In this document: in pieces, positions 53,653 through 64,000 of the stretch
Layout of the letters: every line of letters starts with the position of its first letter
How positions within the stretch are numbered: position 1 is the first letter of the stretch
Source: an uncultured Planctomycetota bacterium
GTDB taxonomy: Bacteria; Planctomycetota; Planctomycetia; Pirellulales; Lacipirellulaceae
Assembly (NCBI GenBank): GCA_963719315.1
Contig: CAVRBU010000001.1
Span: 512,001 to 576,000 of the forward strand
Length of the DNA stretch: 64,000 nt
Reading direction: 5' to 3'
Notes under the pieces: generated by a model
Database searches by the model: none
What the model saw: only the letters and a program-made list of their open reading frames with translations
Told to the model about the DNA's origin: nothing
Program-made: the position numbers and the translations under genes

Positions 53653-55086
53653 CTAGAACGTGTAGATCGCGTCCATACCAAAAATTACGTTGCTAAACTC
53701 GCCGCCGGCATCTTCTTCTATGGTGTCCTCGGCCGGGCACCAGTTGAACTTCATTTCCGGGCGAATGATCAAGTTGGCACTGGCTTGGTAGTTCACGCCC
53801 GTGGTGATTTCGTAGAACGAGGTGCATTCGCCATTAACCTGGTTGCTCTTCCACCATTCGGCACGCGTACCCCACTTCCAGCAATCATTGATGGTGTAGA
53901 ACAAGTAGTTGTTAACGCCATAGCTTTGACCGTCAAACGTAGCGTCCGAATTGCTGCTGGTGTCAAGTAAGTCGCTCTGGAACACGTATTCCCACTTGCT
54001 GCTCAGCGTGAAGTCGGCCACGATGCTGTGCGAGTAACCATCGCCGCGCCAGCCGAGGTCACCGGCGGTAAACAAGTAGGTGTATTTCGCACAGTCGTTT
54101 GCCGTGTAGGTGAAACCGGCAATGGCGTTGTTGCCATTGTCGAATTGATCGTAGCCGGTGTCCCAGCCGAGCGACCAGCCGCCGTAATAGGTCCATTTAT
54201 CGCTGGATTTGTAGGTGCCCAACGCACCGGTGTGGGTGAACGGCTCGCTGTTGAACATCGTGTACGAGTGGCTGTAGAAGAAATTGCCGGTCGCGGGAAT
54301 CACTTCATAGCCCAACGGCGTGAAGAAGTGACCGACCTTTATGTCCAAATCGCCCTTGGCGAATTCGAGATACGATTGCGGCAAGGCCCAGCCGTAGGAG
54401 CCGTGGTCCCACGGGTTGTCGTAACCTTGCGCATTCGGGTAACCCGAGTTGCCGAAGGCTTGCATCTTCTGAGCGTCAACGCCGTAGACCAGGTCAAACC
54501 GGTAGCCACAGGCCCAGTTGCAGCCGTCGCTTTTGGCTAATCTCTCGAGATAGAACCAGGACTGGTCCATATTCAATTGGTTCGGGTTATCCCAGAACGA
54601 GAGCAGGTCGTTGTCGTGAAACGAGAGCGGATCGTTATTGGTGTAGAACCCGAAGGCGAACCAGCCGCCGTAGGTAACGTCGGTGCAGCAGGGAGTCAGT
54701 TTGCTCTGCAGGGTGCAAGGATCGCCGTATTCGCAGCAGCAGCAGAATGGCCAATGCTTGTCGAGGCCGAGGTCGCACCAGTTGTCGCAACCGCAACCAC
54801 AGGATGAGCAGCAGCCGCTTTCGCAACCGCAAGACAGCTCCGTGCCGCACGAGGGTTCCGTGCTGCAAGAAGGCTCACTGCAATTGCAGCCGGCAGCGGG
54901 GGCTGCTTCGGTAGCGGGAGCCTCTTCCTTCTTAGTCTCGTCCTCAAAATAGGCTGCCATCGTTCCGCGAGCCGGTTCGGTGAGCGACGCCGAGGGCGTA
55001 ACGAACTGCGGTTGAGCGGCCAGCGCGAAGCCGGTCCACATCAAGCCGGCGCCGAACACGGCGCAACTTGTCACAAGGCGTTTCAT
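53653..55086 (-). CDS. Outer-membrane beta-barrel (BBP2-type porin) with Cys-rich N-terminus
   Basis: Signal peptide; KVGHFFTPLGYEVIPATGNFFYSHSY..EPFTHTG; C-terminal YTF. Confidence 0.85.
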   Translation of the reverse strand: MKRLVTSCAVFGAGLMWTGFALAAQPQFVTPSASLTEPARGTMAAYFEDETKKEEAPATEAAPAAGCNCSEPSCSTEPSCGTELSCGCESGCCSSCGCGCDNWCDLGLDKHWPFCCCCEYGDPCTLQSKLTPCCTDVTYGGWFAFGFYTNNDPLSFHDNDLLSFWDNPNQLNMDQSWFYLERLAKSDGCNWACGYRFDLVYGVDAQKMQAFGNSGYPNAQGYDNPWDHGSYGWALPQSYLEFAKGDLDIKVGHFFTPLGYEVIPATGNFFYSHSYTMFNSEPFTHTGALGTYKSSDKWTYYGGWSLGWDTGYDQFDNGNNAIAGFTYTANDCAKYTYLFTAGDLGWRGDGYSHSIVADFTLSSKWEYVFQSDLLDTSSNSDATFDGQSYGVNNYLFYTINDCWKWGTRAEWWKSNQVNGECTSFYEITTGVNYQASANLIIRPEMKFNWCPAEDTIEEDAGGEFSNVIFGMDAIYTF

Positions 55087-55393
55087 TTCTAAGTACTCCT
55101 TTACAGGACGGATGCGGATCGACTTGTCGCGCCTTGACCGCGCGGGGGCCGCGGTCCAACTCGATCAGGAAACGTGGGTAGAAAGCGGGGCAGGTAAAAA
55201 ATGGCGGGAAGCATTCGGGCAATCCAAGCGGCAGCCATCGCGAGATGTCTACCGTGTCCAAAAGGTTTATCGGAAACAATCGGTTGCTAGCGTGAGCTTC
55301 AGTGCGCTCAACACCACCCGTTGTCCGTGCCGTGGTAGAGGCTGTGCCGCCCTGGAAAAGGTTTCCGCCCGCGCTGGTCGGCACAGCGCGAAC

Positions 55394-56335
55394 CTAGGAT
55401 GAACGCAGTGGTTCGTCGGTAACTTCGTCGAATAGCGCTCGTATGAATTGATCGGGCACGAAGGGGGCGAGGTCTTCGGACTTTTCACCCACGCCGATAT
55501 ATTTTACCGGCAGGCCGACCTGTTGGCGGATTGCAACGACTACGCCACCCTTGGCCGTGCCGTCTAGCTTGGCGAGAACGATTCCGGAGCAGTTTACCGC
55601 TTCGGTAAACTTTGACGCTTGGCTAATTCCGTTTTGCCCGGTCGTGGCATCCAGAACGAGAATCACTTCGTGCGGTGCGGCGGGAAGCTGCTTGCGAATG
55701 GCCTCCTGAATCTTCGTCAGCTCGGCCATGAGATTCTTCTGCGTTTGCAGCCGGCCGGCTGTGTCGACGATGCACACATCGGAGCCGGTTTTGATGGCCT
55801 CCTCGACCGCGCGATAGGCGACGCTGGCCGGGTGCGCGTTGGGCGGACCGGTGACGATCGGCACGCCCAGCCGGTCGCTCCAGATCGTAAGCTGCTCGAC
55901 GGCGGCGGCACGAAACGTGTCGCCCGCGCCGAGGACCACCGACTTGCCTTGCGATTTCATGAGTTGGGCGAGTTTGGCGATCGTGGTCGTCTTGCCGCTG
56001 CCGTTGACGCCGCAGACCATGATCACGGTCGGCCCGGATTCGGCAAAGCGGATCGGTGCCTCCGGTTGGGCCAGAAGCTCCAGCAGCTTGTTCTTGATCG
56101 TTTCCAGCACCTCTTCGATGGTGACAACGCGTGCGCGGAAGTCGGTGGCCACCTGCTCGACAATTTGCTCGACGGCGTCGTAGCCCATGTCGGTCTTAAA
56201 CAACTTTGCTCGGAGCTGATCGAGAAAATCCTGATCGACGAGGCGGCCTTCCGCTTTGAAAAGGTCGCGGACGTCCGTGTTGAGGGACTTCCAAGTTTTG
56301 TTGAGACCTTGTTTTAGTTTGTCGAATAAACCCAT
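55394..56335 (-). CDS. ftsY: SRP receptor FtsY
   Basis: GVNGSGKTTT, DTFRAAA, DTAGR, KLDGTAKGG. Confidence 0.96.
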   Translation of the reverse strand: MGLFDKLKQGLNKTWKSLNTDVRDLFKAEGRLVDQDFLDQLRAKLFKTDMGYDAVEQIVEQVATDFRARVVTIEEVLETIKNKLLELLAQPEAPIRFAESGPTVIMVCGVNGSGKTTTIAKLAQLMKSQGKSVVLGAGDTFRAAAVEQLTIWSDRLGVPIVTGPPNAHPASVAYRAVEEAIKTGSDVCIVDTAGRLQTQKNLMAELTKIQEAIRKQLPAAPHEVILVLDATTGQNGISQASKFTEAVNCSGIVLAKLDGTAKGGVVVAIRQQVGLPVKYIGVGEKSEDLAPFVPDQFIRALFDEVTDEPLRSS

Positions 56336-56616
56336 GGGAAACTGCGGGATTGTGGTGCGGGCGTGAAAGCGGGACAGTGCGTTTTTTGAACTGGAGACAA
56401 CGGAGGGAACGGAAAAAGATCAAAAAAGCTCAGTTCTCCAATTTTCTCCCTGCCCAACATTCGTCGGCAAAGCGTTCGTTCTTCCGGAGTCGGTGAAACG
56501 ATTTTAAGGGGTTCAGGGCAGATGCGAAACGGGCTGGATTGTTTCGAATCTCACCTGCTCCGCGGGCTAACGAGGGCATTTGCTGCGACAGCCAAACTTG
56601 TCGTATGATGGGGTCC

Positions 56617-56811
56617 ATGAGCACCCGCGAACTCATTGATAAGGAACTCGACGATCTGCCGGAGGCATTGCAGCGCGAAGTCTACGATTTTACTCGCTTT
56701 CTGAAATCAAAGGCTGATAGCGACTCCTTCGATGGACTGTTGGCGAGTGAATCGGCTTTAGCGCGTGATTGGGACACTCTGGAAGAGGACTCTGCGTGGG
56801 CAAACCTGTAG
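56617..56811 (+). CDS. DUF2281-type antitoxin
   Basis: LPEALQREVYDF..SESALARDWDTLEEDSAWANL; overlaps the toxin start. Confidence 0.8.
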   Translation: MSTRELIDKELDDLPEALQREVYDFTRFLKSKADSDSFDGLLASESALARDWDTLEEDSAWANL

Positions 56812-57131
56812 CGGGGGACGTCGTCGTGCTCCCTTTTCCGCAAACGAATTTGCAGCAGGGGAAACGCCGCCCTGCCTTAGTAGTCGTCGATTTGCCGGGC
56901 GACGATCTGATTCTTTGCCAGATCACGAGCCAAGCGCACCGCGACTCGCATTCGATTCCGTTGGATACCGTCGATTTCCAACGCGGTCAGCTTAACGTGC
57001 GAAGTTACGTCCGACCGAATGGCCTGTTTACCGTTGAGCATTCCGTGATTCTGATTCTGTATTGTGCCGCGCACATAGCGACAACGAAGCTCGATGAGAC
57101 GCTAGCGAAGCTACGGCAACTTTTTTCGTAG
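56796..57131 (+). CDS. MazF/PemK family toxin
   Basis: GDVVVLPFP..KRRPALVV..ILCQITSQ. Confidence 0.9.
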   Translation: MGKPVAGDVVVLPFPQTNLQQGKRRPALVVVDLPGDDLILCQITSQAHRDSHSIPLDTVDFQRGQLNVRSYVRPNGLFTVEHSVILILYCAAHIATTKLDETLAKLRQLFS

Positions 57132-57279
57132 TTGGAGAGTAACGATTGGCCGGTTGTGGTTTTCGATGCGGTGGTTAATGGCGGCGATAGCTAATTTCGC
57201 GCTGCCCAACTGGAGTTGTTTCTTACATTCGCGTTCATCTGCGTCCATCTGTGGTTAACAGATTCTTAGGGAAACTGGC

Positions 57280-57744
57280 ATGTCTGCAAAATCGCGATTT
57301 CAATATATAACGTACATCCGCACGACGCCGGCGAAGTTGTGGCAGGCGCTGATTGATCCGGAGTTCACGCGGCAGTATTGGGTCGCGACGTGGCAAGACT
57401 GCGCGTGGACGGTTGGCGCATCGTGGAAGCTGATGATTCCGGACGGGCGCGTCGGGGATGAGGGTGAGGTGTTGGAGATCGAGCCCGAGCGGCGGCTAGT
57501 GCTGTCTTGGCGGAACGAGTTTTTGCCGGAGCTGCGCGAGGAAGGCTTTTCGCGGATGACCTACAAACTTGAGCCAGTGGGCGACTCAGTGAACCTCACC
57601 GTCACGCACGAGATGGATCGGCCGGACTCGAAGTTGATCGCCGGAGTATCGACCGGATGGCCGAGTATTTTGTCGAGCCTCAAGAGTCTGTTGGAGACGG
57701 GCGAGTCGTTGGAGCACACGCGGAAGTGGCCGGAAGGAATGTGA
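57280..57744 (+). CDS. SRPBCC/AHSA1 domain protein
   Basis: YIRTTPAKLWQALIDPEFTRQYW; GWPSILSSLKSLLETG. Confidence 0.9.
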   Translation: MSAKSRFQYITYIRTTPAKLWQALIDPEFTRQYWVATWQDCAWTVGASWKLMIPDGRVGDEGEVLEIEPERRLVLSWRNEFLPELREEGFSRMTYKLEPVGDSVNLTVTHEMDRPDSKLIAGVSTGWPSILSSLKSLLETGESLEHTRKWPEGM

Positions 57745-57804
57745 GGAAAAAGTTGAAGGGGGAAGGCGGAGTGTGGAAGGGGGATGGACTACCCAGAATT
57801 GTGC

Positions 57805-58107
57805 TTACTTCGCTTTGCGGTGGCCGAAGGAAGTGGGCGGCAAGGTCGGGCGATTTGGCCGCGGCGAGGGTTGGGAAATGTGCCTCTGAAGAGGAGTATT
57901 TAGACTTTGAGCGTTGTTCGGGTGAAACTCCTGCTGTTTCACCCCGCAGTTCGGGCAATCGATCGTCAGGCGGATCGAGCTGATGGTTGGAATGGTCGCG
58001 ATGGAACCAACCGTGGTTGTATTTGGCCAGTCGTATTCGATGCGACCAGAGGAGCGGACAACGGCCGTTTCCCCGCAGTCGTCGCAGCAAATGGCTTTTG
58101 GGACCAT
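57805..58107 (-). CDS. Small hypothetical protein with two CxxC motifs
   Basis: CDDCG..CPNCG; RBS-like AGAGG. Confidence 0.5.
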   Translation of the reverse strand: MVPKAICCDDCGETAVVRSSGRIEYDWPNTTTVGSIATIPTISSIRLTIDCPNCGVKQQEFHPNNAQSLNTPLQRHISQPSPRPNRPTLPPTSFGHRKAK

Positions 58108-58309
58108 GATTCGCCCTCTTTCTTAGGCGCGGCAAGCACTCCTTCGATTTCTGGAAAGTATTGAGTGCACTAATTGTGCCAGATGAAGGCCGCTGTAAGC
58201 CGAAACTACTCGCGCGGGCGGCGGAAACGGCAAAAGCCGAGGGTGTGCGTATCGAATCCTGAAGTGGTTGGGCCTTAAGTGAGCGACGTTGAAGCGGGCT
58301 TCTGAGCCG

Positions 58310-59107
58310 TCATTTCTTGAGTTCGTGGGCTTTGAAGAACTCGACGATAAGCCGCGGCGCCTCGGGCGGCAGAACGTGGGCGCCAGGGTGAATCAGGGTT
58401 TGGACCGGAGTGCCCTTGTCGGAGTCGTAAACGGTGATGTGGTCGTCGGCGGGCTTGCCGTCGGCGGTCGCGCTATCGAGTTTTCGGATACGTTCGATGG
58501 CGGCTTGTTGATCGGCGATCTTGACCAACTGGTCCTTTTCGCCGGCGACGATGAACGCGGGCTTGGGAGCGGCAAGTTTTAGTTGTGGCCGGGGTAGCCC
58601 GGCACACGGCGCGAGGGCGGCGAAGGTGTTGGGGCGCTGGTCCCACAGCAGATACGTGAAGAATCCGCCGTTGGAGAAACCGGTGGAGTAGATGCGGTTG
58701 TCGTCGACGGAGTATTTCTTGCGGAGGGCGGCGAGCGCGGTGTCGAAAAATTTGAGGTCGCGGTCGCCGTTGTCGCCGGGCAAATGTTGCCAGCCGGCGC
58801 GGCGGCCTTCGGGGTCGACACGGGAGGGCGTCGGCAGGCCTTGCATGTAAACGACGATCGCCTCGGGCCAGGCGTCTTGAAACTTCGTGTTTCGGGCGGC
58901 GCCGCGCATATTGCCGCCGTGCCCGTGGAAGACGAAGAGGAGCGGCGAGCCGCCGGATTTGGGCGGTGAAGCAGGAGCGAAGACGATGGCTTCGCGCTCG
59001 ATTCCGTCGACGGTCCAGGACACGAGGTGCGGCTCGGCGGCCCGGGCGGAAATAGCGAGGACCGCGAGGATGGCGAGTGCGGAGCCGATTCTTATAAGGG
59101 GTTGCAT
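58310..59107 (-). CDS. Secreted alpha/beta-hydrolase (PHB depolymerase/LpqC-like esterase)
   Basis: FHGHGG, GFSNGG nucleophile elbow, GEKD, H. Confidence 0.88.
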   Translation of the reverse strand: MQPLIRIGSALAILAVLAISARAAEPHLVSWTVDGIEREAIVFAPASPPKSGGSPLLFVFHGHGGNMRGAARNTKFQDAWPEAIVVYMQGLPTPSRVDPEGRRAGWQHLPGDNGDRDLKFFDTALAALRKKYSVDDNRIYSTGFSNGGFFTYLLWDQRPNTFAALAPCAGLPRPQLKLAAPKPAFIVAGEKDQLVKIADQQAAIERIRKLDSATADGKPADDHITVYDSDKGTPVQTLIHPGAHVLPPEAPRLIVEFFKAHELKK

Positions 59108-59217
59108 GGATCTGTTTCCTTTACCGGGCGCGTCGAGCGATAAAGACAAGGAGGAAAGGAGAGGGGGGAGACAGGAGACGCGGTGGAAAACCTTTTTTCC
59201 GTGCCTCCCGGTGTCCA

Positions 59218-59622
59218 CTATTGTTTGTCGCGGTGAATGAATTTGTCGAGGATGCCGTTGACGAATTGGGCAGATTGAGCGCTGCCGAAGCGTTTTGCGA
59301 GCTCGACGGCTTCGTTGATGGCGGCGCGGTCAGGCGTATCGGTGTAAAGAATCTCGTATGCGCCGAGCCGCATGACGTTGCGGTCGGTGGCGGCCATACG
59401 GGCGACGCTCCAGTTGTCGGCGATTTGCGAGAGTTGCTCGTCGAGCTCGGCCTGGTTGCGGCGAACGCCGAGGATGAGCGACATGCAAAACTCTTCGAGC
59501 TCGGGCGAATTGAGCCGGCCGTGGACGAAGGATTTCATGTCGGCGACCGCGGCGCGCGGATTGACATCGTCCTCGAAGAGGATTTGAAGGGCGACTTCTC
59601 GGGCTCGACTGCGGCGGGACAT
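59218..59622 (-). CDS. nusB: Antitermination factor NusB
   Basis: RRSRAREVALQ, INEAVELAKRF, FVNGILD. Confidence 0.96.
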   Translation of the reverse strand: MSRRSRAREVALQILFEDDVNPRAAVADMKSFVHGRLNSPELEEFCMSLILGVRRNQAELDEQLSQIADNWSVARMAATDRNVMRLGAYEILYTDTPDRAAINEAVELAKRFGSAQSAQFVNGILDKFIHRDKQ

Positions 59623-59703
59623 GGTGGGAGGGAGGTGTCAGGTTTCAGGTGTTGGGTGTCAGATTTCAATCTCCGACACCTGACACCCGACAACTTTATT
59701 GGT

Positions 59704-60171
59704 TTACGGCAGACTTTTTAGCAACGCCACCATCTGCAGGGCGGCTTCGGCGCATTCGGCGCCTTTGTTGCCGACGTTGCCGCCGGCGCGGTGGATGGCC
59801 TGCTCCATTGTTTCACAGGTAAGTACGCCGAACAACACGGGAACGTTCGTGTCGAGGCCGATTTGCGTGATCGCCGTGCTGACAGCGCGGTTGATGTGCT
59901 GGTCGTGCGTGGTTTCGCCACGGATGACGGCGCCGAGACAGATGACGGCGGTATAGCGACCGGATTTGGCGAAGCGCTGGGCGACGAGCGGGATTTCCAT
60001 CGAGCCGGGAACCCAAGCGATGTCAATCGCGTCATCGGATACGCCCTGCTCTATCAGTTTGGCAACGGCGCCGTCGAGCAGTTTGCGCGTGATTCCTTCG
60101 TTCCAACGGGCGACGACGATGGCGAAGCGGGCGTCCGGGGAAGTCGCGTCAGAAGGAATGACGTTCGGCAT
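59704..60171 (-). CDS. ribH: Lumazine synthase
   Basis: VPGSMEIP, LGAVIRGETTH, GNKGAE. Confidence 0.96.
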   Translation of the reverse strand: MPNVIPSDATSPDARFAIVVARWNEGITRKLLDGAVAKLIEQGVSDDAIDIAWVPGSMEIPLVAQRFAKSGRYTAVICLGAVIRGETTHDQHINRAVSTAITQIGLDTNVPVLFGVLTCETMEQAIHRAGGNVGNKGAECAEAALQMVALLKSLP

Positions 60172-60240
60172 TTGATTTCGGATTACGGATTGCGGATTAC
60201 AGACGCGAATCAATTCGAAATCGCAAATCCGCAATTGCCT

Positions 60241-61722
60241 TTACTCCTTCATGCTCATCAGGAATTCGGCGTTTGTCTTGGTTTTTTTCAAGCGGGTGAC
60301 AAGAAGTTCCATCGCGTCGGGCGAGTTCATTTCGTTAAGCACGCGGCGGAGGAGGCAGATGCGGCGGTGCTCTTCCGGGTCCATCAACATTTCTTCCTTG
60401 CGCGTGCCGCTGCGGGTGATGTCGATCGAGGGCCAGATGCGGCGGTCGACGAGGCGGCGATCGAGGACAATCTCCTGGTTGCCGGTGCCTTTGAATTCCT
60501 CGAAGATCACTTCGTCCATCTTGCTGCCAGTGTCGACCAGCGCGGTGGCGACGATCGTGAGCGAGCCGCCGTCTTCGACTTTGCGGGCGGAGCCGAAGAA
60601 GCGTTTGGGCCGCTGCATGGCGTTGGCGTCGATGCCGCCGGAGAGGATTTTGCCCGAGTGGGGGCACTCGGCGTTCCAGGCGCGGGCCAAACGGGTGATC
60701 GAGTCGAGGAAGATCACAACGTCTCGGCCGTACTCGACCATTCGCTTGGCTTTTTCGATGACCATTTCGCTCACCTGCACGTGGCGAGCGGAGGTTTCGT
60801 CGAACGTGGAGCTGATGACCTCGCAGTGCGGACCTTTGATTTGCCGCTCCATATCGGTGACTTCTTCCGGTCGTTCGTCGATCAGTAGCATGATGACGTA
60901 CGCTTCCGGATAGTTCGTGAGCACGGCCTTGGCCATCTTTTGGAGCAAGATCGTTTTGCCGGCCCGCGGCGGGCTGACGATCAGGCCGCGCTGGCCGAAG
61001 CCGATCGGTACGATCATATCGACGACGCGCATTTCAATTTGATCGGCTGTCGTCTCCATCACGATGCGTCTATCGGGATGGACGGGCGTAAGATCGTCGA
61101 AGAAGATTTTACGCGCGAGCAGGTTCGGGTCGTCGCCGTTGATCCCCTCGACGCGCAGCAGCGCGAAGTAGCGTTCGTTCTCTTTCGGCGGACGGATCGT
61201 ACCGGCAACCGTGTTACCGTTGCGGAGGCCGAAGCGGCGAATCTGGCTGGGCGAGACGTAGATGTCGTCCGGGCAGGAGAGGTAGTGGTAATCGGGACTG
61301 CGAAGGAAGCCGAAACCATCGGGCAGGATTTCGAGCGTGCCCTCGCCGTACATCAGGCCTTTGAGCTTCACACGCTCCTTGAGGATGCGGAAGATCAGAT
61401 CCTGTTTTTTGAGACCGCTGATATCGGCGACGTTTTCCGTCTCCGCGGTCTCAATCAGCTCGGGCATGCTCATCCGCTGCAGCTCGGCGATGTGGATGTT
61501 GCGGTCGTGGGCATCATCCTTGGCGATCGCGGCGCCAATGCGGCGGACGCGTTCGGCCGCCTTGTCGAGCTCTTCGGCAAGCGACAACGGTTCTTCCCGA
61601 TCGAGCTCGGCAAGGAGCTCGCGATCGATTTGAGTGTCGCCGTTTCCGTCGGATTGCCGGAAGCGGCGGTGCATGGGTTGCGGGCGACTGTGCCGCGTAT
61701 CGCGGTTCGCTGAATCAGCCAT
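60241..61722 (-). CDS. rho: Transcription termination factor Rho
   Basis: [32 protein letters not shown]. Confidence 0.97.
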   Translation of the reverse strand: MADSANRDTRHSRPQPMHRRFRQSDGNGDTQIDRELLAELDREEPLSLAEELDKAAERVRRIGAAIAKDDAHDRNIHIAELQRMSMPELIETAETENVADISGLKKQDLIFRILKERVKLKGLMYGEGTLEILPDGFGFLRSPDYHYLSCPDDIYVSPSQIRRFGLRNGNTVAGTIRPPKENERYFALLRVEGINGDDPNLLARKIFFDDLTPVHPDRRIVMETTADQIEMRVVDMIVPIGFGQRGLIVSPPRAGKTILLQKMAKAVLTNYPEAYVIMLLIDERPEEVTDMERQIKGPHCEVISSTFDETSARHVQVSEMVIEKAKRMVEYGRDVVIFLDSITRLARAWNAECPHSGKILSGGIDANAMQRPKRFFGSARKVEDGGSLTIVATALVDTGSKMDEVIFEEFKGTGNQEIVLDRRLVDRRIWPSIDITRSGTRKEEMLMDPEEHRRICLLRRVLNEMNSPDAMELLVTRLKKTKTNAEFLMSMKE

Positions 61723-62011
61723 GAAATGTTCGCTCCGTGGAGAAGAGAGCGGCGGCGCGCAGACGGCGCCGTGGGGGTGGGACTTGCCAAAACAAGACGG
61801 ATCTCAAAAGGCAGGCGCGAATGGCCAGCCATGAGGAGCCTCTCTGGTTCCTATTATGTCACAGCAATGCGATTGTTGGAAGCCGAAACGTGTCGGGACG
61901 GCGTTTTCATATTAAGAAACAAATATGCTATGAGAGGCCTGTTGGAGGCCGATGGCAGAGTCAGGAAGAAAGCGACAGCGGTGTCGGGGACGCCTGCCAG
62001 GGAGTGCTGGC

Positions 62012-62641
62012 TTATTGGACGGGCCGCGTCGGCGTAATGTGCCGGTCCCAGAAGTCGGCGACCGTTTGTCGGAGGTCTGCTTGCGTGCCGCTGTTGGCCA
62101 GTACGATCTCGGCTGCCTGGCGTTTTTGCTCGATCGGCCATTGGGCGGCTTCTCGGCCGGCGAAATCGGCATCGGTCCAGCCCCGGCTGTGAGCGCGCTG
62201 CAGGCGAGATTCTCGTGGGGAATCGACGAAAACTACCATGTCGCACAACCTTTGCCAGCCGGCTTCGAACAGTAGTGCGGCATCCAGGACGACAACATTT
62301 CGCCCCTCGGACGCAAAACGAGCGAGTTCGGCTTTCAGCCGCTGGCGAATGTGTGGGTGCATTAGGTCTTCGAGGAAGCGGCGGTCGGCCGTCCCGATGT
62401 CGCCTGGAGGGAAGACGCGACGGGCGATCGCTTTACGATTCACCGAGCCGTCGGCGTTGAACACCTCGTCGCCCCAACGCTCGCGAAGGGCGCGCTGGAC
62501 TGTGGCGTCTGTCGCTAGCACGGCATGACCGGCACGATCAGCGTCTAACAGGCCGGCGCCACGTTCGACGAGCAGCTTGGCCACGAGCGACTTCCCGCTC
62601 GCCACGCCGCCGACTAGTCCGATGGTTTTCGTGTTGCCCAT
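62012..62641 (-). CDS. coaE: Dephospho-CoA kinase
   Basis: IGLVGGVASGKS, DAD, LLFEAG, AQWP. Confidence 0.93.
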   Translation of the reverse strand: MGNTKTIGLVGGVASGKSLVAKLLVERGAGLLDADRAGHAVLATDATVQRALRERWGDEVFNADGSVNRKAIARRVFPPGDIGTADRRFLEDLMHPHIRQRLKAELARFASEGRNVVVLDAALLFEAGWQRLCDMVVFVDSPRESRLQRAHSRGWTDADFAGREAAQWPIEQKRQAAEIVLANSGTQADLRQTVADFWDRHITPTRPVQ

Positions 62642-62922
62642 GATAAATTCAGTATCGGCCGCGGTTTGCGGCGGTCAATCACACTTTATTTGTTTGACAT
62701 TGGCGATTTGCTAAGCGTAAAATCGGAGCGTTTGCAGGGGGTCGCGCCGGCCAACGCGGAGGGGTATTTCTTGTCTTAGCCGTGACGGCGTTCTTTTGTG
62801 GCCCCTACGCAGTGTGGTCTGCGGCTTTATCTTCTCTCAATATAGTTGCGAGGTCGAACATACGACCGGGATTGGGAAGAATAAGAGGAAGTAGCGGGTA
62901 AAAAGAATACGTTGCTAACCCC

Positions 62923-63387
62923 ATGTCACGCTTGGTCCGTTATCTCAAATATGGTTGGACCGCACTTTGCATTGCGACGTTTCTGCTGTTCATCGCGATG
63001 TGGCTTGGAATCTACCGGGGGCATGAGCAGTATGGCAGGCGCGTTCTTTGGAGCACTTATCGCGGGCTGCCTAGGCAAGCCAATGAGACTGGATGGGAAT
63101 TTCGCTCTAAGGGGAGCCAACTCTTGTTGGACATTGAGTTACCTTCCCCAAGTCGATCCGTGCGTGAAATGCGCGTCGTCGATATTTATGGGTTTAGTTG
63201 GCAAGGCACCTGGAGCGACATTTTGATTACGATCCCATTCTGGTTTCTTGCCGCACTCAGCGCGGTGTTCGCGTCGATTCCTTGGGTACATTGGTCTCGG
63301 CGTTTCAGTTTGCGCACTCTGTTAGTAGCAATGACGCTTGTCGCCGTCGTGCTTGCGCTGGTCGTTTACCCGGTGTTAAAGAAATGA
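62923..63387 (+). CDS. Hypothetical membrane protein with C-terminal RFSLRTLL-TM motif
   Basis: IPFWF..RRFSLRTLLVAMTLVAVVL. Confidence 0.7.
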   Translation: MSRLVRYLKYGWTALCIATFLLFIAMWLGIYRGHEQYGRRVLWSTYRGLPRQANETGWEFRSKGSQLLLDIELPSPSRSVREMRVVDIYGFSWQGTWSDILITIPFWFLAALSAVFASIPWVHWSRRFSLRTLLVAMTLVAVVLALVVYPVLKK

Positions 63388-64000
63388 TTTCAAGACCCCT
63401 CAAGGGTTTTATTGTTCGTGCAGCGCTGCTTGCCATGGCGATGAGTGCGCCTTGTGGTGGCGGCGCGGTCGCGGGTGAGCCGCCCGGCAAGCCGATCAAG
63501 AGCTTGCGGCGGCTCGACGATACGATTCATCGCTTCGGCGGTCACGGCGATAATTGGCACATGAGTTGGGCCGACAATGACAAGGTGTACGTCAGCCTGT
63601 GCGATGGCAGCGGATTGCCGGGCACGCCTCCGGGCAATTTCAACAGCCGCATGTACGCCATCGCGGGGGACTCGCCCAAGCTCACGTTCGAGTACTTATC
63701 CGGTTACCCAAATCTCACCAACGAACCGAACGGGCTGACCAATCGCTACTACAACTTCGGCACGCTGGCCCTCGACGGAAAACTCTACCAATTTCTCAGC
63801 ACGCCCAATCATCCGTTCAACGAGCCGCAGCCGAAATTCGTGGGAGCGAAGTTAATCTACTCGCCCGACGATGGCCAGACGTGGCGGAATCAAGATGGCT
63901 CGTCGCCCGTTCTGTGGGAAAAATGGGACGACCGCTCGAAGCAGAACATGGCGTTCTTCGAGGAGCCCGGCGATTCGTTTTCGCTGATCTCGGTGCTGCA
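63384..64000 (+). CDS. Secreted protein, DUF4185-like, truncated by window end
   Basis: Signal peptide; GDNWHMSWADND..CDG; LIYSPDDGQTW (BNR/Asp-box). Confidence 0.65.
   Translation, partial: MISRPLKGFIVRAALLAMAMSAPCGGGAVAGEPPGKPIKSLRRLDDTIHRFGGHGDNWHMSWADNDKVYVSLCDGSGLPGTPPGNFNSRMYAIAGDSPKLTFEYLSGYPNLTNEPNGLTNRYYNFGTLALDGKLYQFLSTPNHPFNEPQPKFVGAKLIYSPDDGQTWRNQDGSSPVLWEKWDDRSKQNMAFFEEPGDSFSLISVL

Overview
High-GC planctomycete DNA, most likely Pirellulales/Lacipirellulaceae-like (DUF1559 prepilin-like gene, 'GDYNGNG..DAADY..WR'+PEP-CTERM proteins, ECF sigma/Ser-Thr kinase pair). Housekeeping genes (proB, lexA, larE, a complete F-type ATP synthase operon, P-II, ftsY, nusB-ribH-rho-coaE) alternate with accessory genes: a P450, a LarA-family protein, a SyrB2-like halogenase, a VKOR-thioredoxin fusion, two toxin-antitoxin pairs, an IS3 element and an ECF/FecR/PEP-CTERM/DUF1559 cluster. 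The most striking feature is an IS110/IS1111-type element (41586-43214) inserted exactly at the G|FTLVE prepilin cleavage motif of the DUF1559 gene. Its ~460-nt 3' non-coding region holds three repeated guide-like modules: one matches the target with wobble at synonymous codon positions, one matches the IS end, and one is orphan. The whole element is in frame and stop-free in the host reading frame. Other candidates are a sigma54-driven array of covarying RNA hairpins upstream of the P-II gene and a dispersed ~0.5 kb non-coding element with a boxA motif present twice. Several single-base frameshifts, including one in atpA, suggest indel errors in the assembly, so pseudogene calls are uncertain.
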